Position numbers and translations under genes: made by a program. Below, one piece after another: positions 21,001-27,263 of a stretch of 64,000 nt of DNA (the first letter of the stretch is position 1; each line of letters opens with the position of its first letter). Source of the DNA: an uncultured bacterium (GTDB taxonomy: Bacteria > Omnitrophota > Gorgyraeia > Zapsychrales > Aceulaceae). The stretch is taken from the NCBI GenBank assembly GCA_937930175.1, contig CALGLP010000022.1, positions 66,585 through 130,584 of the forward strand. Reading direction: 5' to 3'. Below the pieces are notes generated by a model. It saw nothing but the letters and a program-made list of their open reading frames with translations, had not been told where the DNA came from and did not search any database.

Positions 21001-23612
21001 ACCGCGCTGTCCTTCAGGGCGATCTGCCGATTTCAGATGCCGAACGGGCGTCTTTGACTTTCATCAGGACAGTGCTAGAACGGGAAAGATGGCCAAAACG
21101 TAATGATATTTTTCTTCGGGATGCTGGAACTATCTTCGAGGGCCTGCTTCAAGGTGCCGCTGCTGTTTTATTTAAAAGGCTGTTGGTTGAGTTGCTTGGT
21201 AATGCATGGGACTATGGCGCTATAGATTCGCCAGACAGGAGTGTGCCCTGGGTTGTGGATCTTTATCAAAATGCTCAGAGTCAATATTTTTTAAAAGTAA
21301 TGATTTTCCAAGACCATATTTCGAAAGATGACTTGATGAGCCTGTTGTCGCATCAAGGTCTTTCTGCAAGGGATATTCTACAAGAGCAAAGCGTGATCGG
21401 GAAGGGCCTGGCTAAAAAAGGGCACGGGGCTTTTGAATCTTTCGCGCTTTTATCCAAAAAGGGCATTCCTTTGACATTAGAGTATTCCAGGGAGGGCAAG
21501 GGGTTAAAGACGGTTTTATGGGCCGGGATTTCTTCTCAAGCAGGCCAGGCGAAAGGACAACCTACCTTGGGATACGGCCAAGACTATTTGCAGACCACCA
21601 AGACGCAGGCAGGCTTGCCTAATCCAAACGAGCAGGGCGATCAGCTGCAAGCGGGGAAGGGAAGCAGTGCCAGCCCCATATTTCAGAAGACGCACAAAGC
21701 TGATCTTTATCAAAAAGCTAAAAAACTTTTAGATGAGATCTTCCCCCAGATACTCGAGGATTTTACCAAAGACCCGGGCAAGAAAGGATTTGAGGGGCCT
21801 GATGGTCTGATCGCCTTTATACGTCAAGAATTGGAAAAAAGGCTTGGGGAAAAGCTTTCAGATCCTCTCCTTGGTCAATTGCTGGGATTTGATAGCAAAA
21901 CTCTACGCGCAAAACTCAATAGCGTCGAAGGTTTGAGCCCTCTTCAAGACATCAAGATTCAAAAGCTTGTTGATCGGTATCCTTCCTTAAAAGATGAGGA
22001 AGCACGTCTGCGGGCCATTAATCAGGAAGTTTCTTTTGAGCAGGCTAAGATGGTGCTCAAGAGAATATTTAAGACAGCCCTTCGAGAATATGTTGAAGTC
22101 AAAGAAGGAACGACGTTCTGGGGTCCTGAGGGTTTCGCTCTGTTCTTGAAAAAGAAACTTGAATCAGAACTTGGTGTCAAGGAGATAACAAAGGGATTTT
22201 TTGGGAATCTACTTGGTTTTAGTGCGAATCGCTTAGAAGAACGGGGTGCCCAAAGCCTTTTGCCTAAAAACCAAGCCCAGCTTATGGATGAGCACGATTT
22301 GGATGATGTCGAACGAGAATATTTATCTGAGATTTGTGGCGGGAAAGAAATAGAAGTAGTCTTTCAACCTGAACCTGATTTTCCGAGAGTGGCCAGGCGG
22401 ACCTTGAAAGCATATCGGAAACAAGGGGGCACAAGGCTTTCAGGTAGCGACGGGTATTTTCGTTATCTTTTTGATAGAGTCGGCATGAAGGGCGTTAAAA
22501 AGATAGGTTATGATTTTAACGGGGCAGTAAGTAAACAAGCCGTTTGGTCATGGCTATCCGGCCACACCCCTTCAAAGGTGTTGCTGGAAAAAGTCGTTTA
22601 TGAGGCCTTCGCGACACTTACCCCGCTATTCAAAAAGTCAATGTTAAAAAGCTTGCTCGAGCTTCGCACAATGGAGATCGAAGCCGCCAAAAGCGCTATG
22701 CCACATTCCGAGCACACGGACGAAATTGAGGGTTCTTCTGATCCGGCGGGGGAGAGGGCGGATTTGGCAAACAAAGCAAGCAAAGACGAACGCTTTATTT
22801 TTACTGACATTATCGCAGAGGGCTGGATAGTTAATACCCAGTATTACAACAAGATCGTTGAATATGCTAATCAACGACTTAAGTATTTATTAAGCCAGAC
22901 TGAAAATGCTCAGAAACTTGAAGGGATTTATTTGGAAATCAGGAAAAAGGCGAAGAGTAAAAATTTGGTACTTGATATTAAGATTGATAAAAATCAAAAA
23001 GAAGATATTGGGGTGGTTGTGTTGACGCCGCAAATGGAGAATTTAGATCTTCAGGCGAGTAATATTGATATCGATGACACAGATTTTAAACACAGGCGAT
23101 TAGGAAGAAGTATTTATATTGCAGTGAACGATGCGCTTGGTTTTTATGGGCAAGGGGTTATTACAAGCAAGGGATTTTTTCTAGAAAGCAAGGGCATCTC
23201 ACCAGGAAAGAATTTATGGGAAAGTCTTGTTCGCGATGGATATGCTGAAAAGATTCTGGGAGCTGGTTACAGAATGCTTTCTTCCAGCAAAAGTCCAGAT
23301 GGTGTTGCTCCTTCGTCTTCGTTTGGGAATAATACACCAGAAGGGAAGAAATTGGGAGGGATTGATTTTAACGCCAAGAATATGAACGTTACGGCCACAG
23401 GTTCATCGTCTGTCGATTTTACCTTGCCTGAGGGCATCACGGCAGAGGGCCTGATGAACGCTCAAGGATTTGTGCCTGTTATTATTAGTATCACCCCGGT
23501 TGCGAATATCTGGACCTTGATGGGCCTCAATCGAGAGGACGCGCAAGAACTACAGCGTGTTCAAGGCCTGGGGGAGGCCATGGAGCCGGAAAAGATAAGT
23601 TTGGCAAGGTAG
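12051..23612 (+). CDS. Giant secreted multidomain protein (3853 aa): signal peptide; low-complexity S/E/K-rich region; HEAT-like repeats with a 142-aa tandem duplication; DOT1-like SAM methyltransferase domain; HAD-like hydrolase domain; GHKL (histidine-kinase/Hsp90-type) ATPase-like domain; C-terminal repeated ~95-aa modules
   Basis: Single uninterrupted ORF. Signal peptide MFYLL...FPAYAQA. Motifs DLGSGHG...GIE...VFFLYNPF (class I methyltransferase); ILDSDGVI...IVIVDDSLENI (HAD motifs I and III/IV); LLVELLGNAWDYGA (HATPase N-box). Confidence 0.85.
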   Translation: MFYLLQKRFKTFLKTTSLILAFVFAQGVFLPFPAYAQAVFPQAGQIISLSSAFTPTIVRGIRIYPDNPLKFDFIVDGGDADLKGDELKSESEKLIRYFLASLTLPENDLWVNLSPYEKDRIVPAELGTTEMGIDMLAQDYLLKQITASLTNPDSDLGKEFWQKIYKQSYEKFGTTNVPVDTFNKVWIMPDKAEVYVQEDKAFVVESRLKVMLESDYLAREKSKEDRREKIEDGKNNDKTTANKSPDSLDSKTFPSSIVHSPSSDISSSIVREVFIPVLEKEVNEGKNFAQLRQIYNSIILSYWYKTNLKNSILNKVYADKRKVKGLEVVNSEKYLVSSQKSNEESLENGEEKHQIPDTRYPSQVQSNSLPDTIHSSPDTVQIIYQQYLQTFKKGVCNMMKVEYDPYTKKNIPRKYFAGGVVWDVAPILGYFSTIIGPMPQWVLTSTLEDPLMMIEFNSVPVTEEVFNSEKVRAQGVAQGSSEPITISSSLRPLSDETKAQLGKLLNEYVKWGGTTVVGKTGFFAFLKAKWGCDDQVLSEILGVKRKFAKSLVEARQAGGISVRNIYAFVERFGFTGNDETIFFGLAKPKKDVKFLSENMFNLFVEIKVAMPKVLYLGIPDNSPKEDQGFFVPNPNGSGDTYVPLIRRVSFASSNITGENDLPLSPLTGKPDLRSRKGDPDTLEQKMDALKKAIQGGYPYGIRYGVNRLLAAAINSQANPSQRIQALEFLAQLQLPQKFIDQFLFEKSKGDKERWLAQVAGDREANPRLRELCIQVLAVLSQQLGSRWNYDLLEEVITRDKKRDISGLPLASTGKPNLHHRTGPHSTLRQLIADLPRPGKTPGGIRHTVNGLLSIAINTENSSDRILALQTIAELKIDQKYIDQFLFEKSKGDKERWLVEVAEDLQAEPHLRALSIQTLWVLARQFGSPWAYNLLEDLAHPKAAGANAPQEVQEALDSYAGYLNFITDADLVMTDRILPSALIYHIFGENIIEMFMAWGKVVDPQLPAAARQENVQRLIAIARGEGVEYQGTDFQAEAHSILLQMSTTTKRALHPKFRYMAQKYIDKAPPKPLMTILRNPDPKKQETSSSLVQKLQAELEAFKEVDFSAQAQELKSHYKSFLPRKRPEDRKKLQQEIESFLGALRDLLSQHPLLARSMRLARYDVLGRVQRVSDWLSSHAPSPPASTRDRLSLEADLNKAIRILSILQNSAYGLMDLKVLPQPGQEKIFYLEVFSDAVILASLENQKDWKPEYKACFREFQKIIGSEAVVEAFALGRRDYAVCLLQILISWQDYRRIMEDLIERIPAESLGRAFVRDTQSFLGAVRKMDLAIKESGEAIYVDRYPLTIDRFLQRFPDLASVFGESCGQNFGSFVNSIETLAERESRDKHLEAHLDALERLFVRVFPQVKDRQRAVREHFLNLVNLSRQAVRSDQAFWGLVELIGADALREDFFSDDNRVLEHLNIILPAWSGLVSALSDPSRDLAKPTIAFLAAWVENAKMPVSNGKKVSSSSLESILRDELSAFRATDLAVRAKRLKARYQKMAKKIEGKEYPDAKEAVLIEKYGKKLLKDMRTFFKDKTLLCSTVEQAAILPELAVFNPMTDFLAGFLQVKIKMKSPQDVIAVQRGAIVQVEKVLSALQNGHYAQENIKETKAKSTGEIIQYVDLFGLGMRGKKMNSFVVEKSGFKKFSEGFQIKPELISLLQGLRHLHEENPGLYLELEKAALDPAYQIPETMQNSAHAQTVGLFDKDGAMKPLARITLVETFNGPEMRKQWAENIRIRETGQVTISFDRNGKVLSVSQGDMGQKRPASIGNEYVLLNVDVTSRGNELYLVESSFKSLPYVVRRSLMWLASGGLWIREDIPCDLDPETAALSPERIRETFLHQPKPKSLSAYFVSQKEAIRRAYAAYLEDKKPKTAKDFATFEELYAHVNAVLFYEGMYFERRGLEYFEEYFHEVSAQIKEFEDLFSGNIDLEKLSAFELFMKTLGLADLKSRSDRYYYQARDYYSRILYGKHFWEMYADQKESLSEAQKSIVRISIDFFPGRYDEEWDAWQQRFQAELNRRKTQGPKFALEVIAGLKSKGINLQEFGMSRLIDQVLGLGGERLAPSVYADEQSVQDGTDYYLTDQILERLDLKASDVFYDLGSGHGRVIFWTAFSTAIGKAVGIEYVSEWANRASDLALKHNISDRAVFINSKVQNVDFSDGTVFFLYNPFQASTLARVTEKLQAIARQKKIRVISVGGCNEHFLLQGTWLKVAEMIKGSRDESAIIFESTIDSPSAAAGPAGDQPSVGNLPPDVKNAMYFILDSDGVILRIPEIDKEHVAFVYAMMKKEITDPQGFVPSEVDMQEGRQFKEKYPGHTTKVILRELLTSSFADRFKGLDTEELVSKFDQIYRDRKNAEVDEILNLPLEEAEKRLLMPGVKKFLQDKVNQGAVLRVLSGGRESEKRRIFEKLGLMGFFQDVQFAGTREKKIEIFEDMIANIDHKENIVIVDDSLENIDEYRNVISQGQKRSGKSFLIGLANKEQEDRMKPHADYVIEDLSGLVASSASKLGDEGKAGEGSAASTKNLKRIENVHDWLVTPERVKEVTRRAVALGWKEVSKKTADDILDKLRTYGNRYPLDKYSTERDPGKTVMINWCVDQAVRKQRDLFFTQEGLIFLVADLMDKSKDLARRFLIDLGNLDDAKFNKILENELRPKAMSHSNFAPERIDAVVHWLARPDKEFFPVKKKMIDSLLKAGMEELAQISYKSLYLPDRQLGEIQLNDDQYWILSQMNFKVLLLDLIYQDPVAAQALLDPLLASMDSEKEILSAKSYINFGIKQIAGIQGVVEEYVRDYFVTVDGSAKETSSYSVRIAGIMRSYILEAWEKLAEDHLDVSTTAYTKKKNLVVNLSGEDLERCITAINTFLRMHFEDKLFSFSLDEGDLSISVLDQLEEDAGSNPQAQELRDLGIPPDVGAQAKEKEGIFSPVGEQPSAGGKAVHLEDRAVLQGDLPISDAERASLTFIRTVLERERWPKRNDIFLRDAGTIFEGLLQGAAAVLFKRLLVELLGNAWDYGAIDSPDRSVPWVVDLYQNAQSQYFLKVMIFQDHISKDDLMSLLSHQGLSARDILQEQSVIGKGLAKKGHGAFESFALLSKKGIPLTLEYSREGKGLKTVLWAGISSQAGQAKGQPTLGYGQDYLQTTKTQAGLPNPNEQGDQLQAGKGSSASPIFQKTHKADLYQKAKKLLDEIFPQILEDFTKDPGKKGFEGPDGLIAFIRQELEKRLGEKLSDPLLGQLLGFDSKTLRAKLNSVEGLSPLQDIKIQKLVDRYPSLKDEEARLRAINQEVSFEQAKMVLKRIFKTALREYVEVKEGTTFWGPEGFALFLKKKLESELGVKEITKGFFGNLLGFSANRLEERGAQSLLPKNQAQLMDEHDLDDVEREYLSEICGGKEIEVVFQPEPDFPRVARRTLKAYRKQGGTRLSGSDGYFRYLFDRVGMKGVKKIGYDFNGAVSKQAVWSWLSGHTPSKVLLEKVVYEAFATLTPLFKKSMLKSLLELRTMEIEAAKSAMPHSEHTDEIEGSSDPAGERADLANKASKDERFIFTDIIAEGWIVNTQYYNKIVEYANQRLKYLLSQTENAQKLEGIYLEIRKKAKSKNLVLDIKIDKNQKEDIGVVVLTPQMENLDLQASNIDIDDTDFKHRRLGRSIYIAVNDALGFYGQGVITSKGFFLESKGISPGKNLWESLVRDGYAEKILGAGYRMLSSSKSPDGVAPSSSFGNNTPEGKKLGGIDFNAKNMNVTATGSSSVDFTLPEGITAEGLMNAQGFVPVIISITPVANIWTLMGLNREDAQELQRVQGLGEAMEPEKISLAR
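14040..14891. repeat. In-frame tandem duplication (2 x ~426 nt) inside the giant gene, encoding two HEAT-like 142-aa units (..IDQFLFEKSKGDKERWL..)
   Basis: TTTTTATT(C/T)GAGAAATC(C/T)AAAGGCGACAAAGAGCGCTGG occurs at 14274 and 14700 (period 426 nt); the protein units are ~60% identical. Confidence 0.8.
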
Positions 23613-23841
23613 TTTTTTTCTTGATCGATAGGATTGCCTTCTTCTTCTCAAAAGAGCCCAATCAGCCTTGCTTGAGCTTGTCTGGGTTTTTTCCGGAACG
23701 CTCGCTCCGCCCCTGTCACTCCAAACTTTTCTCGATTCTCGGCTTCGCTCTCCCTAGCGGGAGCCGTGCCCGCTCATCCTCGAAACGTCCGTCAAAAGCC
23801 CAGCCAAGCTCTTTTAACGGGTGGATTTAGAAAGGCGCGTT

Positions 23842-23940
23842 GGCATTGTCCTCTCGCGAGTTTTGCAGGCTTCAAGTTTCCTTGAATTTTAAATTTAGAT
23901 AAAGTTGGGGCCGAAGGATGTCTGAGCGAAGGACAATACC
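23842..23940. repeat. Copy 2 of the paralogous hairpin element (GGCATTGTCC ... GGACAATACC ends), homologous to 6630-6744
   Basis: Colinear alignment with copy 1; shared blocks TTGTCCT..GCGAG.T.TGCAGGC.TCA and GGCCGAAG..TGT.TGAGCGAAGG.CAA.AC. Confidence 0.5.
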
Positions 23941-24122
23941 GGCACGCCTATAAGCAACAGTATCGCCTGAGTAATTTTTGCTCAAATTATCTAAGTGCTC
24001 CTGCAAGGAGAAGACAATCTCTGCGCTTTCCCTTTACAACCAATTTCCCTAAATGTATAATGCGTTTTCTTAATTTTCTGTTATAATGAAAAAAATTATT
24101 AATAATCATGGGGATAAAAGTG

Positions 24123-24998
24123 ATGAAAAAATTAAAGTTAGGATTACCTAAGGGAAGCCTTCAGGAAGCAACGTTTAACCTTTTTGAACGCGCGGGCTTT
24201 AAGGTGCGCGTTTCTAGTCGCTCCTATTTTCCTACGATTGACGACGAGGATGTGGAAGTGGTTTTGTTGCGTGCCCAAGAGATGTCGCGTTACGTCGAGG
24301 ATGAGGCTTTGGATTGTGGGATTACGGGTGCTGATTGGATCGAGGAAAATGGCTCACGGGTTGAACGTTTGGCAGATTTGATGTACGCCAAGCAAAGCAC
24401 GTCCAAGGTGCGTTGGGTTTTGGCGGTGCCGGAAGAGTCTTCGATGAAGTCGGTGAAAGATTTGAAGGGAAAGCGCATTGCCACCGAGCTTGCCAGTGTG
24501 ACTAAGAAATATTTAAAGAAAAATAAGGTCAGCGCTGAAGTGGAATTTTCTTGGGGCGCGACCGAAGCCAAGGTGGCCTCCGGGTTAGTGGACGCGGTTG
24601 TGGAGTTGACGGAAACCGGCAGCAGTCTACGCGCCAATAAATTACGTATTATAGCAACGGTGTGCGAGTCGACGACCCAATTTATTGCGAATAAGAAAGC
24701 CTGTGCTGATCCTTGGAAGCGTAAGAAAATGGAGCAGTTTATCTTGCTCTTAAAGGGCGCCTTGGAAGCCGAAAATATGGTGGGTCTTAAAATGAACGCA
24801 AAGGAAAAAGATTTGGAAAAGGTCTTAAGCGTTCTTCCTGCCTTGCAAAATCCAACCATTGCGCCTTTGGCGCAAGAGGGATGGGTAGCCATTGAAACCG
24901 TGATTAACGAAGGTGTTGTCAGGACCTTAATCCCACGACTCAAAGATGCAGGGGCGCAGGGGATTATTGAGTATGCGCTCAATAAGTTGATTTACTAG
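24123..24998 (+). CDS. hisG: ATP phosphoribosyltransferase, long form with C-terminal regulatory domain
   Basis: [15 protein letters not shown]...FERAG...; ~290 aa long-form HisG. An upstream ATG at 24108 is also possible. Sigma70-like promoters TTACAA-16-TATAAT and an extended -10 TGTTATAAT (24079-24090) lie just upstream. Confidence 0.9.
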   Translation: MKKLKLGLPKGSLQEATFNLFERAGFKVRVSSRSYFPTIDDEDVEVVLLRAQEMSRYVEDEALDCGITGADWIEENGSRVERLADLMYAKQSTSKVRWVLAVPEESSMKSVKDLKGKRIATELASVTKKYLKKNKVSAEVEFSWGATEAKVASGLVDAVVELTETGSSLRANKLRIIATVCESTTQFIANKKACADPWKRKKMEQFILLLKGALEAENMVGLKMNAKEKDLEKVLSVLPALQNPTIAPLAQEGWVAIETVINEGVVRTLIPRLKDAGAQGIIEYALNKLIY

Positions 24999-25012
24999 AA
25001 AGGATAGAGACT

Positions 25013-25111
25013 ATGCCGTGTGGAAAAAAGCGAAAGCGAAGGAAGATCTCGACGCATAAGAGAAAAAAACTTCGCAAGGCAAAACGTCATTTGAAGAAGA
25101 GAGATCATTAG
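25013..25111 (+). CDS. 32-aa highly basic protein MPCGKKRKRRKISTHKRKKLRKAKRHLKKRDH, likely ribosomal protein bS22 family; absent from the ORF track
   Basis: ATG with a GGATAGAGA ribosome-binding-site-like stretch upstream; lysine/arginine-rich composition and the KKRKR..HKRKKLR pattern recalled for bS22-type small ribosomal proteins. Confidence 0.55.
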   Translation: MPCGKKRKRRKISTHKRKKLRKAKRHLKKRDH

Positions 25112-25117
25112 TCTTCT

Positions 25118-25206
25118 CCCGCCGGTGGCGGGACGAACTTAACTTCGCCTCTTTGATGTGAAGTTAGATGAGCTTGCTTGGGCACATTCTTGCGAATGTG
25201 CCCAAG
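25118..25206 (+). terminator. Series of stem-loops between the bS22-like ORF and the TPR gene: CCCGCCggtgGCGGG; TAACTTC...GAAGTTA; and a perfect 13-bp hairpin CTTGGGCACATTCttgcGAATGTGCCCAAG
   Basis: Inverted repeats read directly; none is followed by a clean T-run, so they may be regulatory or RNA-stability elements rather than intrinsic terminators. Confidence 0.4.
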
Positions 25207-25245
25207 TCTTCATTCTAAAAACAATCCGAGGGATTTGCTGCTGCT

Positions 25246-26265
25246 ATGAATACCCTTACACAAAAAGTTTTCACCAAGGTGATTGCCTTTTGCTTGCTAG
25301 GCCTTTTTTATTTTTCTCATCAGGGCTTTGCCCTGGACGAGGCCAATGCCAAGGCTCAGGCCCTGGCGCATTACACCATGGGTCTTTCTCATGACTGGAA
25401 CGGTCTTCCTGATGAAGCCCTGGCGGAGTATGAGAAAGCTGTTGGACTTGATCCGAATAATTATGTGATCCACTTGAAACTTGGCGTGGCTTACGCGCGA
25501 GCCCAAAAGCTTGATAAGGCTACCGAAGAGCTAAAGAAGGCCTCAGAGCTTAATCCTAAAGATATCGAAGCGCATTATCTTTTGGCCATGATCTATGCGT
25601 CGCAGTCTAAAGAAGACAAGGCGAACAATGAATACGAGCTTATTTTAAACAAGTTGGCCCAAGATAATCCCAGTAGCGTTGAGGCCTTAGCCTTGTTAGG
25701 CCAACTTTATTATTCTCAAGGAAAGATGGCGCAAGCCATTGAACAATTTGAGAAGATTCTTCTTCAAGAACCTGAAAATAGTGAAACATTGTCAATTTTA
25801 GGCTCGCTGTATCTTGACCTCCCCAATCGCGCCAAGGCAGTTGAGTATTTCAAGAAGTCAATCGCCATTGATCCGCAAAACGATGGAAGTTTAAATTCTT
25901 TAGGTTATATTTATGCGGAAGACAATAAAAATTTGGAGGAGGCCTTTGGGTTGATTCAGCGTGCCCTAGAAATTGATCCAGAGAATGGCGCGTATCTTGA
26001 CAGTATGGGATGGGTCTATTATCAAAAAGGGGATTATGAAAAGGCACGTCTTTTTTTAGAAAAGGCCAGCGAGTTTGTTAAGGATCCTATTGTTTATGAT
26101 CATTTGGGGGATACGGCTTTTAAAGTAAAAAATTTTCCGGCGGCTTTACGTTATTGGGAAAAATCTTTAGAACTGGATCCAACCCAGGGTAATGTTTTAA
26201 GAAAACTAGAGATGCTTAAGAAGCAGCCGTTTATGCCAAAAGTGAATCAGACGCCAGCACCCTAG
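25246..26265 (+). CDS. TPR-repeat protein with signal peptide
   Basis: N-terminal signal sequence; at least 8 tandem 34-aa tetratricopeptide repeats (W-LG-Y...A...F..A...P patterns). Confidence 0.85.
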   Translation: MNTLTQKVFTKVIAFCLLGLFYFSHQGFALDEANAKAQALAHYTMGLSHDWNGLPDEALAEYEKAVGLDPNNYVIHLKLGVAYARAQKLDKATEELKKASELNPKDIEAHYLLAMIYASQSKEDKANNEYELILNKLAQDNPSSVEALALLGQLYYSQGKMAQAIEQFEKILLQEPENSETLSILGSLYLDLPNRAKAVEYFKKSIAIDPQNDGSLNSLGYIYAEDNKNLEEAFGLIQRALEIDPENGAYLDSMGWVYYQKGDYEKARLFLEKASEFVKDPIVYDHLGDTAFKVKNFPAALRYWEKSLELDPTQGNVLRKLEMLKKQPFMPKVNQTPAP

Positions 26266-26273
26266 CGTACGTT

Positions 26274-27245
26274 ATGAAAAATATTCATCTTCAGTCTCCC
26301 GCAAAATTAAATCTTTCTTTAAAAGTCCTTGGAAAAAGACCTGACGGTTACCATAACCTTTCAACGCTTTTTGAAAAAATCAATCTTTATGATGACATTT
26401 ATTTACGACGTAGTCGCACGGGGAAGATCCGCATTTTTTGTACTCATCCGCAAGTCCCCAAGGGAGCTAAGAATTTAGCTTATCAAGCGGCTCGCATGCT
26501 TCAAGACGATTTCGCGCTAGCGAATGGTGTTGATATTAAAATTGTTAAGCGCATTCCTGTCGCGGCTGGCCTTGCTGGAGGCTCAAGTAATGCCGCTATG
26601 GTCCTTTTAGGCCTTAATGCCATTTGGCGGCTTGATTTGAATTTTGCACAGCTTTTGGCCTATGCCAAGCGTCTTGGCAGTGATGTGCCTTTATTTCTTT
26701 ATAAGGATATTTTTTGTCATGGAACTGAGCGCGGAGATAGGATTAAAGGCCTTAAAATCAATAGAAAATACTGGCATATTGTGGTTACGCCTCGCCTGAA
26801 AGTTTATTCAGCTAAGGTGTTTAAAGCCCTTATCGACATTTGCTCAGCTAAAGGCAATAAGGTAGTCGACATAAGGTCTTTTCCTAGAAGACAAAAGTCG
26901 TTATATCGGTCTTCTTTAGCTACTTTTGACATGGAAAAGACCGATAAAATGGGGTTGACAAAAACAAACGATAATGTTAATATCCTGACTTGCGCTTTAA
27001 GGAAGAATGATTTGGCTAAGGCTAGTCAGCTTCTTTTAAATGATTTGGAGACAGCTATTGTGCGTGTCCATCCACAGCTCCTTACAATAAAGAATAATAT
27101 TAAGACTATAAGTGGGCTTGATATTTGCTTTTCGGGAAGCGGGCCCTCACTTTTTGGGTTGGTGTCAACGCAATCTAAGGCCAAAAAGATCGCAGGTCTT
27201 TTAGCGAAACACTATGCCCGAGTTTTTGTGGTGCGGACAGGTTAG
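26274..27245 (+). CDS. ispE: 4-diphosphocytidyl-2-C-methyl-D-erythritol kinase
   Basis: N-terminus PAKLNLSLKVLGKRPDGYH and the GHMP-kinase motif PVAAGLAGGSSNAA. It is ~40 aa longer than typical IspE owing to an insertion near residue 200. Confidence 0.85.
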   Translation: MKNIHLQSPAKLNLSLKVLGKRPDGYHNLSTLFEKINLYDDIYLRRSRTGKIRIFCTHPQVPKGAKNLAYQAARMLQDDFALANGVDIKIVKRIPVAAGLAGGSSNAAMVLLGLNAIWRLDLNFAQLLAYAKRLGSDVPLFLYKDIFCHGTERGDRIKGLKINRKYWHIVVTPRLKVYSAKVFKALIDICSAKGNKVVDIRSFPRRQKSLYRSSLATFDMEKTDKMGLTKTNDNVNILTCALRKNDLAKASQLLLNDLETAIVRVHPQLLTIKNNIKTISGLDICFSGSGPSLFGLVSTQSKAKKIAGLLAKHYARVFVVRTG

Positions 27246-27263
27246 ATGAAGGAGGAAGCAGCT

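Noticed and set aside
12051-23612. The giant ORF as a fusion artefact of several genes
   Set aside because: There are no in-frame stops across 11.5 kb, and domain junctions do not coincide with ribosome-binding-site/start-codon signals or composition breaks that I could see. This cannot be fully excluded without read-level evidence, so it is listed under the finding's refutation criteria rather than assumed.
24290-24982. 230-aa minus-strand ORF antisense to hisG; likewise 54483-55007 antisense to clpC and 17667-18119 antisense to the giant gene
   Set aside because: Long antisense ORFs opposite confidently identified genes are common by chance in low-GC genomes (few stop codons on the antisense strand); no motifs and no start signals.
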